This document shows positions 17,247-26,485 of a stretch of 55,869 nucleotides of DNA, piece after piece; the first letter of the stretch is position 1, and each line of letters opens with the position of its first letter. A program made the position numbers and the translations under genes. The stretch is from Candidatus Woesearchaeota archaeon (lineage in GTDB: Archaea > Nanobdellota > Nanobdellia > Woesearchaeales > SM23-78): contig JAFGBP010000069.1 of NCBI GenBank assembly GCA_016933095.1, forward strand, positions 1-55,869. The letters run 5' to 3'. Under the pieces are notes generated by a model, which worked only from the letters and a program-made list of their open reading frames with translations, had not been told where the DNA came from and did no database searches.

Positions 17247-18167
17247 ATGTCAGACGAAGAAAAGCTGTTTGTACAGGACAAGGAAGTCGTTGTCCCTGGA
17301 GAAGTGTTGGCTGAAGGCCTTAGCTTCCTGCCGGGCAGCGGCACGTACAGACTGAACGACAAGATAATCGCGAACCGACTGGGTTTGCTGACAATGGAGG
17401 GAAAGGTCATGAAGACCGTCCCTATGGCAGGCAGGTACTTGCCTAAGAGAAACGACGTGGTCATAGGAAAGGTCATAGACATCCTGATGAGCGGCTGGCG
17501 CTTGGAGATAAACAGCCCATACAGCGCAGTGCTCCCGCTAAAAGACGCGTCTTTCAGCTACATCGAGAAAGGAGACGACCTTACAAGGTTTTTCGAGCTC
17601 GACGACTACATGGTTTGCAAGATCACGAACGTGACCAGCCAGAACCTGGTTGACGTGAGCTGCAAGGGCCCCGGCCTCCAGAAGCTCAAGGGCGGAAGGA
17701 TAATCGAGGTCAACACTCACAAGGTGCCGAGGATTATCGGCAAGAGGGGTTCCATGGTTTCCATGATCAAGAACGCTACGGGCTGCAAGGTCACTGTCGG
17801 CCAGAACGGCATAGTTTGGATCAGTGGAGAGCCTGAGATGGAGGTCTTGGTGGTCAACACCTTGAAGTACATCGAGGAGAGGAGCCACATCCAAGGGCTT
17901 ACGGAAATGGTCAAGGAATACCTCGAGAAGGCGACAGGAAAGACAGTGGAGGTGCCTGATGCAGACTCTTTGCCTGAAGATGCTCCTGAGGAGGGGCGGG
18001 AGTTCCAGGAAGATGCTGATAGGCCTCCAAGGAGAGATTTCCATGGCGGCGGTCCAAGAAGCGGCGGCTTTAGGAGCGGGCCCCGAGGCGGCGGCTTTAG
18101 GAGCGGACCAAGAGGAGGGCCTAGAGGAAGGCCTCCTAGAAGGGACAGCAGGCGATTCGGAGAGTGA
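17247..18167 (+). CDS. rrp4: Exosome complex RNA-binding protein Rrp4 (S1 + KH) with an acidic and then RGG-rich C-terminal tail.
   Basis: VVPGEVLAEG...YLPKRNDVVIGKVIDI is S1-like. The KH motif is VPRIIGKRGSMVSMIKNATGCKVTVGQNGIVWI. The tail is RPPRRDFHGGGPRSGGFRSGPRGGGFRSGPRGGPRGRPPRR. Confidence 0.88.
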   Translation: MSDEEKLFVQDKEVVVPGEVLAEGLSFLPGSGTYRLNDKIIANRLGLLTMEGKVMKTVPMAGRYLPKRNDVVIGKVIDILMSGWRLEINSPYSAVLPLKDASFSYIEKGDDLTRFFELDDYMVCKITNVTSQNLVDVSCKGPGLQKLKGGRIIEVNTHKVPRIIGKRGSMVSMIKNATGCKVTVGQNGIVWISGEPEMEVLVVNTLKYIEERSHIQGLTEMVKEYLEKATGKTVEVPDADSLPEDAPEEGREFQEDADRPPRRDFHGGGPRSGGFRSGPRGGGFRSGPRGGPRGRPPRRDSRRFGE

Positions 18168-18889
18168 TGATGATGACTACAAGCAGTTATACTAAGAGAG
18201 TTGACGGAAGAAAGTTTGACGAGCCAAGGCAGATCACGGCCAAGGCAGGAGTGATAAAGAAGGCAGATGGGAGCGCGTTCTTCAAGATCGGGAACACTGC
18301 GGCTTACGCAGCGGTCTACGGTCCTAGAGAGCTTAACCCTAAGCACATGCAGGACCCTAAGAAGGGAGTCTTGAGGTGCAACTACAACATGATGCCTTTC
18401 TCAGGCACTGACAGGATAAAGCCCGGCCCTAGCAGGCGAAGCAAGGAGATCAGCATGGTCACTGAGAAAGCCCTGCTGCCAGTTGTGAACCTGGAGGATT
18501 ACCCTAACGCCGTGGTTGATGTTTTCATAGAGTTGACAGAGACTGACGCGGGGTCGAGGTGCGCTGGCATATGCGCAGCAGCCATGGCCTTGGCAGACGC
18601 TGGCATCACCATGAGGGACATGGTAGCAGCCGTTTCCACCGGAGTTGTTGACCACCAAGTGTGCGTCGACCTGAACGGGGACGAGGAGCACATCCACGAC
18701 GTAGACGTCGCCGACATTCCAGTCGCGATGGTCCCGAGCACTGGGGAGATAACACTCTTGCAGATGGATGGGATAGTGTCAAAGGAAGAGTTCTTGTCAG
18801 CTATAGAGACAGTGACTCCTGTACTGAAGAGAATCACAGACCTCCAGAGGGCTGTGCTTAAGGACAGGTTCAAGACTACAGAGGAATAG
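18164..18889 (+). CDS. rrp41: Exosome complex exonuclease Rrp41 (RNase PH domain).
   Basis: RVDGRKFDEPRQI...ADGSAFFKIGNT...VYGPRE fits the RNase PH family. The start overlaps the rrp4 stop (GTGATGATGATG). Confidence 0.9.
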   Translation: MMMMTTSSYTKRVDGRKFDEPRQITAKAGVIKKADGSAFFKIGNTAAYAAVYGPRELNPKHMQDPKKGVLRCNYNMMPFSGTDRIKPGPSRRSKEISMVTEKALLPVVNLEDYPNAVVDVFIELTETDAGSRCAGICAAAMALADAGITMRDMVAAVSTGVVDHQVCVDLNGDEEHIHDVDVADIPVAMVPSTGEITLLQMDGIVSKEEFLSAIETVTPVLKRITDLQRAVLKDRFKTTEE

Positions 18890-18952
18890 GTGATCACAGA
18901 TGAAACAAAAAAACAACTTTTTTGATCATAACACATCACGAGGTGATGTGTT

Positions 18953-19744
18953 ATGAATCCAGCAGAAAAAGAACACATGATAGAAGCTCTTAATAAGGGA
19001 ATCCGGCTTGATGGCCGTAAGAAGGACGAGTTCAGGCCTATAACGATAGAAGTAGGCACTCTCTCGACAGCAGAGGGAAGCGCCATCGTGACCTGCGGAG
19101 AGACAAAGGTCGTTGCAGGGATAAAGATGGACGTGGCGAAGCCGTACCCTGACAGCCAGGAGGACGGGGTTATGATGTTCTCAAGCGAGATGCTCCCGCT
19201 CTCAAACCCTAACTTCGAGATGGGACCTCCTAAGATCGAGTCGATCGAGGTCGCGAGGGTGATTGATAGGGGTATCAGGGAAGGTCATGCAATGGATACC
19301 AAGAAGCTTTGCATCACACCGGGCGAGCTCGTCTGGAACGTGATGGTCGACGTGCTGCCGTTGAACTTCGACGGCAACCTGATAGACATCGGCGGGATGG
19401 CTGCGTTGACAGCGCTCTACAGCGCCAAGATGCCCAAGTTGGAGAATGACAAGGTCGTGCCCGGCACTAAGACAGAGGAAGGAATCCCTCTGAACGCCAT
19501 GCCTTTGCCAGTCACTGTCATCAAGATAGGAGACAACCTGATAGTCGACCCTACCGAGGCAGAGATGCAGAACCTGGATGCTAGGCTCACGATTGCGGTA
19601 TTGGAGGATGGCAACCTCTGCGCCATGCAGAAGGGAGGGAATGCCAGCCTGACCGTAAAAGATTTAAATGAGATGCTAGACCTTGCTATTGCCAAGAGCC
19701 AGGAACTGAGGCAGAAGGTCAAGGCTGCACTCGGGATGGCCTAA
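18953..19744 (+). CDS. rrp42: Exosome complex protein Rrp42 (RNase PH-like, non-catalytic).
   Basis: GIRLDGRKKDEFRPITIEVG...AEGSAIV fits the RNase PH fold. It follows rrp41, as in other archaea. Confidence 0.88.
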   Translation: MNPAEKEHMIEALNKGIRLDGRKKDEFRPITIEVGTLSTAEGSAIVTCGETKVVAGIKMDVAKPYPDSQEDGVMMFSSEMLPLSNPNFEMGPPKIESIEVARVIDRGIREGHAMDTKKLCITPGELVWNVMVDVLPLNFDGNLIDIGGMAALTALYSAKMPKLENDKVVPGTKTEEGIPLNAMPLPVTVIKIGDNLIVDPTEAEMQNLDARLTIAVLEDGNLCAMQKGGNASLTVKDLNEMLDLAIAKSQELRQKVKAALGMA

Positions 19745-19762
19745 AAAGCGGTGATATGAAAT

Positions 19763-19993
19763 ATGGCTGAAACGATCGAACCATTAAAGGAAGGGGAGTA
19801 CACGAAGTTTGAGAAGGCAAGGCTGATAGGAGCCAGGGCCCTCCAGATAACAATGGGCGCGCCCTTCCTCATAAAGCTGACGCCAAAGCAGCTTGAAGAG
19901 CTCAAGTTCAACCCTATCGAGATTGCCAAGAAGGAATTCGAAGAAGGAGTCCTTCCAATCGAGGTAAGAAGGCCATACCCTGAGCTGAGATAA
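19763..19993 (+). CDS. rpoK: DNA-directed RNA polymerase subunit K (Rpo6/omega homologue).
   Basis: TKFEKARLIGARALQITMGAPFLI...NPIEIAKKEFEEGVLPIEV is the Rpb6/RpoK signature. Confidence 0.85.
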   Translation: MAETIEPLKEGEYTKFEKARLIGARALQITMGAPFLIKLTPKQLEELKFNPIEIAKKEFEEGVLPIEVRRPYPELR

Positions 19994-20025
19994 ACTTTTT
20001 CAGATAATATTTTTTGTTTCTCTTT

Positions 20026-20634
20026 TCAACTCTCATCTTTCAAGCCTTTCTGTACTATCCTTGCGCAGCACTCTGCGATGGATGCCTGCCTCCTGGCAGT
20101 GTACTCAAGGCCTGAAACTATATTCTTCCCTGTGAAGAAAATTCTCTTATAGATTTCTCTCTCTACAAGCGTGTCTTCCTCATTTCTGTTCATGTAGTCG
20201 AACATCTTTTCAGAGTCCATCCTTACGAACATGTCATCAAGGCTTTCTCTTAGGAGTTCGGCTCCGGCCTTCAGGTCTTTCGATAAGGCTTGGTAATGCT
20301 CTGCTATTGCCTGGTATTCTACGGCTTCTCCCTGCGAGAGCCTTGTCTGCCAGGTCTCTCTTTCCAAGACACTCTCAAGCGTAGAGTTGATGTTTTGCTT
20401 CCCATCCTCGACAGACCTCATCATTTCCAAGTACTCCTCGCCTAGTCTCCTGATCTGGCCTGAGGGTTCGAGCATGAAATGGTTCCAGTTGAATTTTACC
20501 TTCGCGCTCCTGTAGAAGAAGATGAGTTCGTTGGCGCTGGGCATTATCACTGTGAGGCCTCCGAAATCCTTTGTGATCGGGTAGTGTTTCTCTCTGCAAA
20601 GAACCCCGTCCACTTTCACATTTGGTTCTAGCAT
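20026..20634 (-). CDS. Hypothetical protein.
   Basis: 202-aa ORF. I recognise no family. Confidence 0.55.
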   Translation of the reverse strand: MLEPNVKVDGVLCREKHYPITKDFGGLTVIMPSANELIFFYRSAKVKFNWNHFMLEPSGQIRRLGEEYLEMMRSVEDGKQNINSTLESVLERETWQTRLSQGEAVEYQAIAEHYQALSKDLKAGAELLRESLDDMFVRMDSEKMFDYMNRNEEDTLVEREIYKRIFFTGKNIVSGLEYTARRQASIAECCARIVQKGLKDES

Positions 20635-20805
20635 GAGAAGGGGAACGCGTCCGGGTTTAAAATGGTTGCGGGCTCTTGCCTGAATCGCTCCGGTTTATAT
20701 CTTAAAATGGCTTTTTAACGATTCAACAGAACAACTAAATATCTTGTGTGACAATACCTCCTTATCAGCAGTGCTTCAGCAATTTTTTTTAGGAGGTGGT
20801 GTGCA

Positions 20806-20958
20806 ATGGAAGATAACAGGATTGTTTGCAGGAAGGGGAAATGCGTCGACCTGGACTATGTGGACTGCGAGAGCGAGTTCGATTCCCGGGATGACGTCAG
20901 GTACTGTGAGTACATGAAGGAGGAGTATTCTGACTGGCTTGATTCGCCGGCCAAGTAA
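20806..20958 (+). CDS. Small (50 aa) acidic Cys-containing protein. It is not in the supplied ORF track, which lists nothing shorter than 60 aa.
   Basis: The ATG at 20806 lies 6 nt after a strong AGGAGGTGGTG RBS. My translation is MEDNRIVCRKGKCVDLDYVDCESEFDSRDDVRYCEYMKEEYSDWLDSPAK, ending at a TAA stop (20956-20958). Confidence 0.45.
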   Translation: MEDNRIVCRKGKCVDLDYVDCESEFDSRDDVRYCEYMKEEYSDWLDSPAK

Positions 20959-21032
20959 GCGGCTTGTGAATGGCTCTTCGGATGCCTTTTTCTTTCACTA
21001 CTTTTTTATACCCTGCCATGTTATTCCTTTGC

Positions 21033-22133
21033 ATGATACAGCTTGACGGCTCTTTTGGCGAAGGCGGAGGAAGCATCCTCAGGCAAGCCTTGGCTCTTAG
21101 CATACTGACTGGCAAGGACTTTAATATCAAGAACATCAGGAGCAACAGGCCGAAGCCAGGGCTCTCTGCCCAGCACCTGGCTGCCTTGAACGCGGCTGTT
21201 GAGGTTTCGGGTGCAACTGTCTGGGGCGATGCCATCGGCAGCACTGAAGTCTATTTCAAGCCTGGTGAGTATAAAGGCGGAACTAGGCGTTTTGACATAG
21301 GCACAGCCGGCTCCATAACGCTCCTCCTCCAGTCTGTCTTGCTGCCTGCAGTGTTCTCTAAGAAGAAGTCTGTATTCACGATAACGGGGGGGACTGACGT
21401 TTCGTGGTCTGCTCCTTATGACTATTTCACGAATGTCTTCCTGCCTCAGCTCAGGAGGTTCGCTGACATCGATGCAAGCCTCTTGAAGAGAGGATACTAT
21501 CCGAGAGGCGGCGGAGAGTTGAAGATAAGCATTAACAGCAGGTTTGCGAGGGATAACGCTGATCTTCCGAAGCTGGCCATTATTGAAAAGCCAAACCTTC
21601 TTCACATAAAAGGATCAAGCCATGCGTCTGCTGACTTGGAGCCGAACAGGGTGTCTGAGAGGCAGGCTGAGAGCGCAAAGCTAAAGCTCAAGGGCATTGG
21701 GGCTCCTGTTTTCATCACGACTTCCTATGCCAACACTCCGAGCACTGGTTCGGGAATCGTATTGTGGGCGATTTATGGAGGGGAAGAGATTGATTTTAAG
21801 AATCCGGTTATCATAGGCTCTGATTCTCTAGGCCAGCCCGGAAAGCGTGCAGAGCACTTAGGGATAGAGGCTTCTGAGAAGCTCATGGAATTCATAAGCT
21901 CGGATGCGCCGGTGGATGAGTATCTCTGCGACCAGCTGATACCTTACCTTGCAGTGGCTGGCGGTAAGATTAAGACTAACAAGGTAACAGATCATACCCT
22001 CTCGAACATCTACGTGACAGAGAAGTTCCTGGATGTCAAGTTCGACATAAAAGAGAATGTCGTATCGATTTCTGCTCCAATAGAAAAGAACTCAGAAGAC
22101 ACAGCCGGCAAGGATCCCGAGCTTAACCCTTGA
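21033..22133 (+). CDS. rtcA: RNA 3'-terminal phosphate cyclase.
   Basis: MIQLDGSFGEGGGSILRQALALSILTGKDFNIKNIRSNRPKPGLSAQHL is the RtcA N-terminal signature. I chose the start at Met22 of the tracked ORF (21033), because homologues begin at the IxLDGS motif. Confidence 0.88.
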   Translation: MIQLDGSFGEGGGSILRQALALSILTGKDFNIKNIRSNRPKPGLSAQHLAALNAAVEVSGATVWGDAIGSTEVYFKPGEYKGGTRRFDIGTAGSITLLLQSVLLPAVFSKKKSVFTITGGTDVSWSAPYDYFTNVFLPQLRRFADIDASLLKRGYYPRGGGELKISINSRFARDNADLPKLAIIEKPNLLHIKGSSHASADLEPNRVSERQAESAKLKLKGIGAPVFITTSYANTPSTGSGIVLWAIYGGEEIDFKNPVIIGSDSLGQPGKRAEHLGIEASEKLMEFISSDAPVDEYLCDQLIPYLAVAGGKIKTNKVTDHTLSNIYVTEKFLDVKFDIKENVVSISAPIEKNSEDTAGKDPELNP

Positions 22134-24306
22134 TTATCGCGAGGTTTATGTCATCGTATAACAAGCGCAGGGCGTTGTAGACCTCGTCAACTCCTTCTCG
22201 CTCGCCATGCATCACCATCTGCTGGTATAGCTCACGAGCCTTCATATAAACCATTTTTGCATCGTCGAACTTGCTCTGCCAGAGCATCGACCGGCACTCA
22301 TCGACTAGCTTGTACACTTCCCCGCCAGGGACTCCCAGCTCGTCCCTGTGTCCAGAATACTTTGGGTAGATGACTTCTTTTGTGGACAATTCTGACTGGA
22401 GGTAGTTCGAGAACCCGTCGCGCCTGATGCTCTGCTCCATGACCTTCAAGGCTTGCTCTGCCTCTTTCAGCGCGTTCTCTCGCTGGACAAGGCTCTTCTC
22501 AAGCTTCTCGTTAAGGGCGATCTTCCCCCTCAATGCTTCCACTTGCTTCTTCACGTGGTCGTGCTCGTGGCGCAGCTGTGTGAGCTTTGGCTTGATCTCC
22601 TTGTACTCTGTCTTCTCCTTCTGCAGGAACTCCCGTTCCTCTTTGACATCGTCCTTGATCTTCAGGTTATGCTCACGCTCTTTCTTCAGCTTCTCCTCGC
22701 GCTCATCTAGCTTGCCTTCCTTCTCGACTATCTGGCCTTCCCTCTCTTGGAGCTCTTTCTGCTTCTTCCTGAACTCGTCCTGCTGCTTCCTCAGATCTGC
22801 CTTCTCAGCGTCTACCTCTACCATGAGGCTTGCTCTCTCCTCTTCCCTTACTTTCTTCTTGATTCTTGCCTTGTAAGCATTGGTGAGCTTTGCAGCGGGC
22901 TCTGATACCATTTCAGGCCTTATCTTGTGATGCTTCTCCAAAGCCTCCTTCATGATCTTCTTATGCTTTGACTTATGAGAGATTGGCTCTGGTTCAGCCT
23001 CTTCCTCTTGAGATGTGCTCTCTTCAGCGACGAGCTTTGCCTCGAGCTCTCCCAAGTCGGGCTTGGTCGTTATTCCTCGGGCTGGCTCCTCGTCGAAGTC
23101 CGGGAAGTCAGGCACTGCGTCGTCAGATGATTCCTCCTCATCAGGCTCTGGATGGATGGTGCCTTCGATGTCATCTGCTTCATTGGCAGGCTCTTCTTCC
23201 TTGTATTCCAGGTCTGGAAGGTCATCGGGAAGCTCTGATAATTCCTCTTGCTCGCCATACTCAGGCTCGAGGTTGTCCTCTTCAGCAGGCGACTCCTCAG
23301 GCTCCTGCTGCTCGACCTCTTCGGGCTCCTCAGTCATCACCTTCTCTCTTGGAGTCATCTCCTTCTCTAGCTTGTTGATCTCAGAACTCTTGATGGTCTT
23401 GGCTTTCTTCTCTTTCTTTGTCTTGACCTCCATGTCCTCAGGCTCTATGTCCTGCAGGAAGTCATGGTTGACCGGCTTCTCGAACACCTCTGCGTGGTTC
23501 TGGACTTCTTCTGTGAAAGAAGTAGGTGCAGGCGCCTCTTCGGTTTCTGGCGTCGCATCCTTCGACCAGTCGATGTCAGTCGGCGGGTGTGGAGTCTCGA
23601 CGTTCCTGAACTCGTGCCTCTTGTCAAATGACTCGTCGATGGATTTGTAATCAGGAGTGCTGTCTTTCAATAGCTCTTCCGGCACCATGCTCTTGTGAGG
23701 GTCAAAGTCAGGCTCTGATGATGCTGGCTCTGGCATCTTGGCTTCTGCCTGTGACTTGGCGAACTGCAACGGCTCGTCGATCTTCTGCTTCTTAGGCAAT
23801 GGTTGTGTCTCGATAGGCTCTGGCTCTACAGTGAAGTCAGTGTCTTCACCCACGGGCTCGAGTTCTGGAAGTTCGTCAGAAAGGTTGTCATCATATCCTT
23901 GGGTGGGTTCGTGCCTTGGCTTCAGGTCGTTGAACTGAGGGGCCTTGCCCATGCTCCGGGGCTCGTTTGGAAACTCTGGATTTTCCGATGCATTTAGACC
24001 TAGGTGGGCTCTTACTTGTTCGGCGTCAAAGTCCTGGCTTGAAGCCTCTTGCTGCGACCTGCTCGCTGGAAGGGGCGGTGGTTCATTCATTGGGAGAGGC
24101 GTATTCATTTGGCGTGGCGCTGGCCTTGGAGCAGGATGGTATTGAGGATATTTCTGAGGATATGCCTGGACTTCTTCCCTGTCAATAGAAATGGGATCCG
24201 GCTCGAGGTCATGACTATCCTTGTGGCCGAACATCTTCCCTAAGAATCCTCTCCTATCTCTCTTAGCCTCGCCGGGCGGAGCCGGGGGCATCAGTTCATC
24301 ATCCAA
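22123..24306 (-). CDS. Large (727 aa) low-complexity protein. Order of parts: Pro-rich N-terminus, very acidic middle, K/E coiled coil, conserved helical tail module.
   Basis: Long ORF. Coiled-coil region KKKVREEERASLMVEVDAEKADLRKQQDEFRKKQKELQEREGQIVEKEGKLDEREEKLKKE. The tail VYKLVDECRSMLWQSKFDDAKMVYMKARELYQQMVMHGEREGVDEVYNALRLLYDDINLAIIKG aligns with the tails of 1..455 and 769..2190. Confidence 0.75.
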   Translation of the reverse strand: MDDELMPPAPPGEAKRDRRGFLGKMFGHKDSHDLEPDPISIDREEVQAYPQKYPQYHPAPRPAPRQMNTPLPMNEPPPLPASRSQQEASSQDFDAEQVRAHLGLNASENPEFPNEPRSMGKAPQFNDLKPRHEPTQGYDDNLSDELPELEPVGEDTDFTVEPEPIETQPLPKKQKIDEPLQFAKSQAEAKMPEPASSEPDFDPHKSMVPEELLKDSTPDYKSIDESFDKRHEFRNVETPHPPTDIDWSKDATPETEEAPAPTSFTEEVQNHAEVFEKPVNHDFLQDIEPEDMEVKTKKEKKAKTIKSSEINKLEKEMTPREKVMTEEPEEVEQQEPEESPAEEDNLEPEYGEQEELSELPDDLPDLEYKEEEPANEADDIEGTIHPEPDEEESSDDAVPDFPDFDEEPARGITTKPDLGELEAKLVAEESTSQEEEAEPEPISHKSKHKKIMKEALEKHHKIRPEMVSEPAAKLTNAYKARIKKKVREEERASLMVEVDAEKADLRKQQDEFRKKQKELQEREGQIVEKEGKLDEREEKLKKEREHNLKIKDDVKEEREFLQKEKTEYKEIKPKLTQLRHEHDHVKKQVEALRGKIALNEKLEKSLVQRENALKEAEQALKVMEQSIRRDGFSNYLQSELSTKEVIYPKYSGHRDELGVPGGEVYKLVDECRSMLWQSKFDDAKMVYMKARELYQQMVMHGEREGVDEVYNALRLLYDDINLAIIKG

Positions 24307-24536
24307 ACTACTTTCTCACCCCTAAATCTTTCCCTCTTTTTAAATATCCATATCGACGTTCATATTTAAACTTTTTGGTCGTTTAGGCTCTGTAGAATAA
24401 GTGCCCTCAAGCGAGCATTCAGTTAGAATGAGCGACTGCAGAAGACTCGTGATCTTGTTTGGATTGGCGTTCGGTGCGAGCGGGGCACGGGAAATATTTC
24501 AGGGTTGCACAAAAAACTATTTATACTCCTCTTTTC

Positions 24537-24926
24537 ATGAGCTGTTTCATGGCAGACTTTGTAGACGTGGACCAGGCGGCAGAGATTGGTAATTACATCC
24601 ATGTGATAGACTCCAGGGCCAGGTTGCTGGAGAAGGACGTCCTCTTGCACGATAAGAGGCTTGATGAGTACGACCAGAAGCTTAGGACTATCAAGAAGAT
24701 GTCTAAGGCCGAGTATTCTGAGATGCAGGACGCGGTCTCTGCGATGAAAGATGACGTGCGCTTGGTCCAACGCTCGATCATTTCAATGATATCTGTTCTT
24801 AAGAACACGGTGAAGGGCGCTGATTTTGACCGTTTCCAGAAGAGGCTTGACTTGTGGGCTCCTGAGACTTTTGTCTCAAGAAAAGAGGCTCAGAGGGTCG
24901 TTGAGGATTTGAAGATAAAGGCTTGA
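24537..24926 (+). CDS. Hypothetical coiled-coil protein.
   Basis: The ATG at 24537 lies 10-25 nt after the TATA-like AAACTATTTATACTCC. The sequence is heptad-like: LLEKDVLLHDKRLDEYDQKLRTIKKMSKAEYSEMQD. Confidence 0.55.
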   Translation: MSCFMADFVDVDQAAEIGNYIHVIDSRARLLEKDVLLHDKRLDEYDQKLRTIKKMSKAEYSEMQDAVSAMKDDVRLVQRSIISMISVLKNTVKGADFDRFQKRLDLWAPETFVSRKEAQRVVEDLKIKA

Positions 24927-24948
24927 AGGCGTTGACCGTGGCTTTGTC

Positions 24949-25899
24949 TTAGATGTCTCTTCTTCCGATCGTGGCTTTCAGTGATTCTATCGCCACTTCT
25001 ATCTGCTTTCCGTCAGGCTCCTTGGTTGTGAGCCTCTGGACGAGCAGTCCTGGGAACACCAGTGTCTTTGTTATCATGTTGTCGTATTTTCCTGCGAGCC
25101 TTATCAGCTCGTATGATATCCCTGCAATCGCCGGCAAGAGGAGCACTCTCAAACCCAGCTTTCCAAGGAATCCTGTGTTCATCGGTATGAATATGTAGAA
25201 GAGGATGCTGAGGACGATCACGAATATGATGAAGCTCGTGCCGCATCTTGGATGCTCTTTCTTGTGGTGCTTCACGTTCGCAACTGTGAGTTTCTTGTGG
25301 GCTTCGTAGCACGCCACGCTCTTGTGCTCTGCCCCGTGGTATTGGAAGAGTCTCTTGACGTCTGGCATCAGTGATATGGCTAAGAGGTATGCGATTAGGA
25401 TTGCAAGCTTTGTCAGTCCATCAACGAGGTTGAACAAGATGTTGTTGTCGCCCGTTATCCTGGTCGCAAACGTCGCGACGAGCAAAGGCAGGAACTTGAA
25501 GAGTGCGATCGCGAATACGAACGAGACTATCATGGTGAAGATGAGTCCTTTCTCAAGGTCTTTCTTTGAGGGTATCTTGTTCTCGAAGTCGATGCTGGCC
25601 GAGAAGTTGAGGGACTTGACTCCCAGTATGAGCGTCTCGAAGAGCATTATCATGCCCCTGATGAACGGTAGGCCCCACAGTTTGCTGTTGGCAGTGACTG
25701 AGTGGAACTTGTCCTTCTTGACGATTATCTTCCCTTTTTGGTTCCTGACGGCGACTGCGTAGCGGTCCTTAGTCCTCATCATGACTCCTTCTATGACTGC
25801 TTGGCCGCCTATCATCAGCTCGGGATGCTTATCTTTGTTTTCCTTTGCAGCCTTTGGACTGTCTTTCTTTTTTTCGTTTTTCCTGCTTGTCTTCTTCAA
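24949..25899 (-). CDS. DUF1385 family membrane protein.
   Basis: IGGQAVIEGVMMRTKDRYAVAVRN...FQYHGAEHKSVACYE...HPRCGTSF are the characteristic DUF1385 motifs. Confidence 0.8.
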   Translation of the reverse strand: MKKTSRKNEKKKDSPKAAKENKDKHPELMIGGQAVIEGVMMRTKDRYAVAVRNQKGKIIVKKDKFHSVTANSKLWGLPFIRGMIMLFETLILGVKSLNFSASIDFENKIPSKKDLEKGLIFTMIVSFVFAIALFKFLPLLVATFATRITGDNNILFNLVDGLTKLAILIAYLLAISLMPDVKRLFQYHGAEHKSVACYEAHKKLTVANVKHHKKEHPRCGTSFIIFVIVLSILFYIFIPMNTGFLGKLGLRVLLLPAIAGISYELIRLAGKYDNMITKTLVFPGLLVQRLTTKEPDGKQIEVAIESLKATIGRRDI

Positions 25900-25974
25900 C
25901 AGAACACCTGTGTATTCTCTTTATTTTCTTGTGGTTCAAGAATATTTATAAAGATTTTGAACTTATTGCTGTTT

Positions 25975-26304
25975 ATGAGCGCAAAAGCTAATGGGCAGGA
26001 GGGGTTGGATAGTAGGAATGATGTCGTTACTGACGAGAAGCTTGACAAGTATTTCGACGTGACGAGACGCGCGCTTGAGGCTGTGGCGGCTGCTTCCTGG
26101 GATGAGTCAAGGAGGGATTTGGGCGAGGATTTCCTTGACATGGCCAAGAGGTACTTTTCAGACGCAAAGCATTTCAGAGAGAAAGGGGATTGTGTGCTTG
26201 CTTTTGGCGCCCTTAACTATGCTCATGCTTGGCTGGATGCTGGGGCGAGGGCAGGACTTTTTCTAGTATCTGATGACTCACTATTTGCCGCAGACCCGAA
26301 GTGA
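25975..26304 (+). CDS. DUF357 family protein.
   Basis: DKYFDVTRRALE...AKRYFSDAKHFREKGDCVLAFGALNYAHAWLDAGARAGL fits the DUF357 pattern. I chose the start at the internal ATG 25975, because the upstream part of the tracked ORF is antisense to the DUF1385 gene. Confidence 0.7.
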   Translation: MSAKANGQEGLDSRNDVVTDEKLDKYFDVTRRALEAVAAASWDESRRDLGEDFLDMAKRYFSDAKHFREKGDCVLAFGALNYAHAWLDAGARAGLFLVSDDSLFAADPK

Positions 26305-26485
26305 TCTGGACTGCTTTATTATTGCCCCGCTGGATGAGGGCTAATATCATATATGAGCTTTTCCTGGATTTTTTTCTCTCTCCGAGCGTTTCCTGCTCTT
26401 AAAAAAACAAAAATATTTAAAGGATCAGTCCAAGCTTATGGTAAAGAATTGATTTTGTAAGCTAACTTTTTTAGGGGGTGTATAC

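Noticed and set aside
24401-24488. Possible tRNA or structured RNA. The ends GTGCCCT...GGGGCAC could pair like an acceptor stem over about 88 nt.
   Set aside because: I could not fold a D-arm or a T-arm. There is no GTTCGAATC-like T-loop and no position-8 U. It is more likely promoter or leader sequence for the divergent genes. I saw no tRNA signature anywhere in the window.
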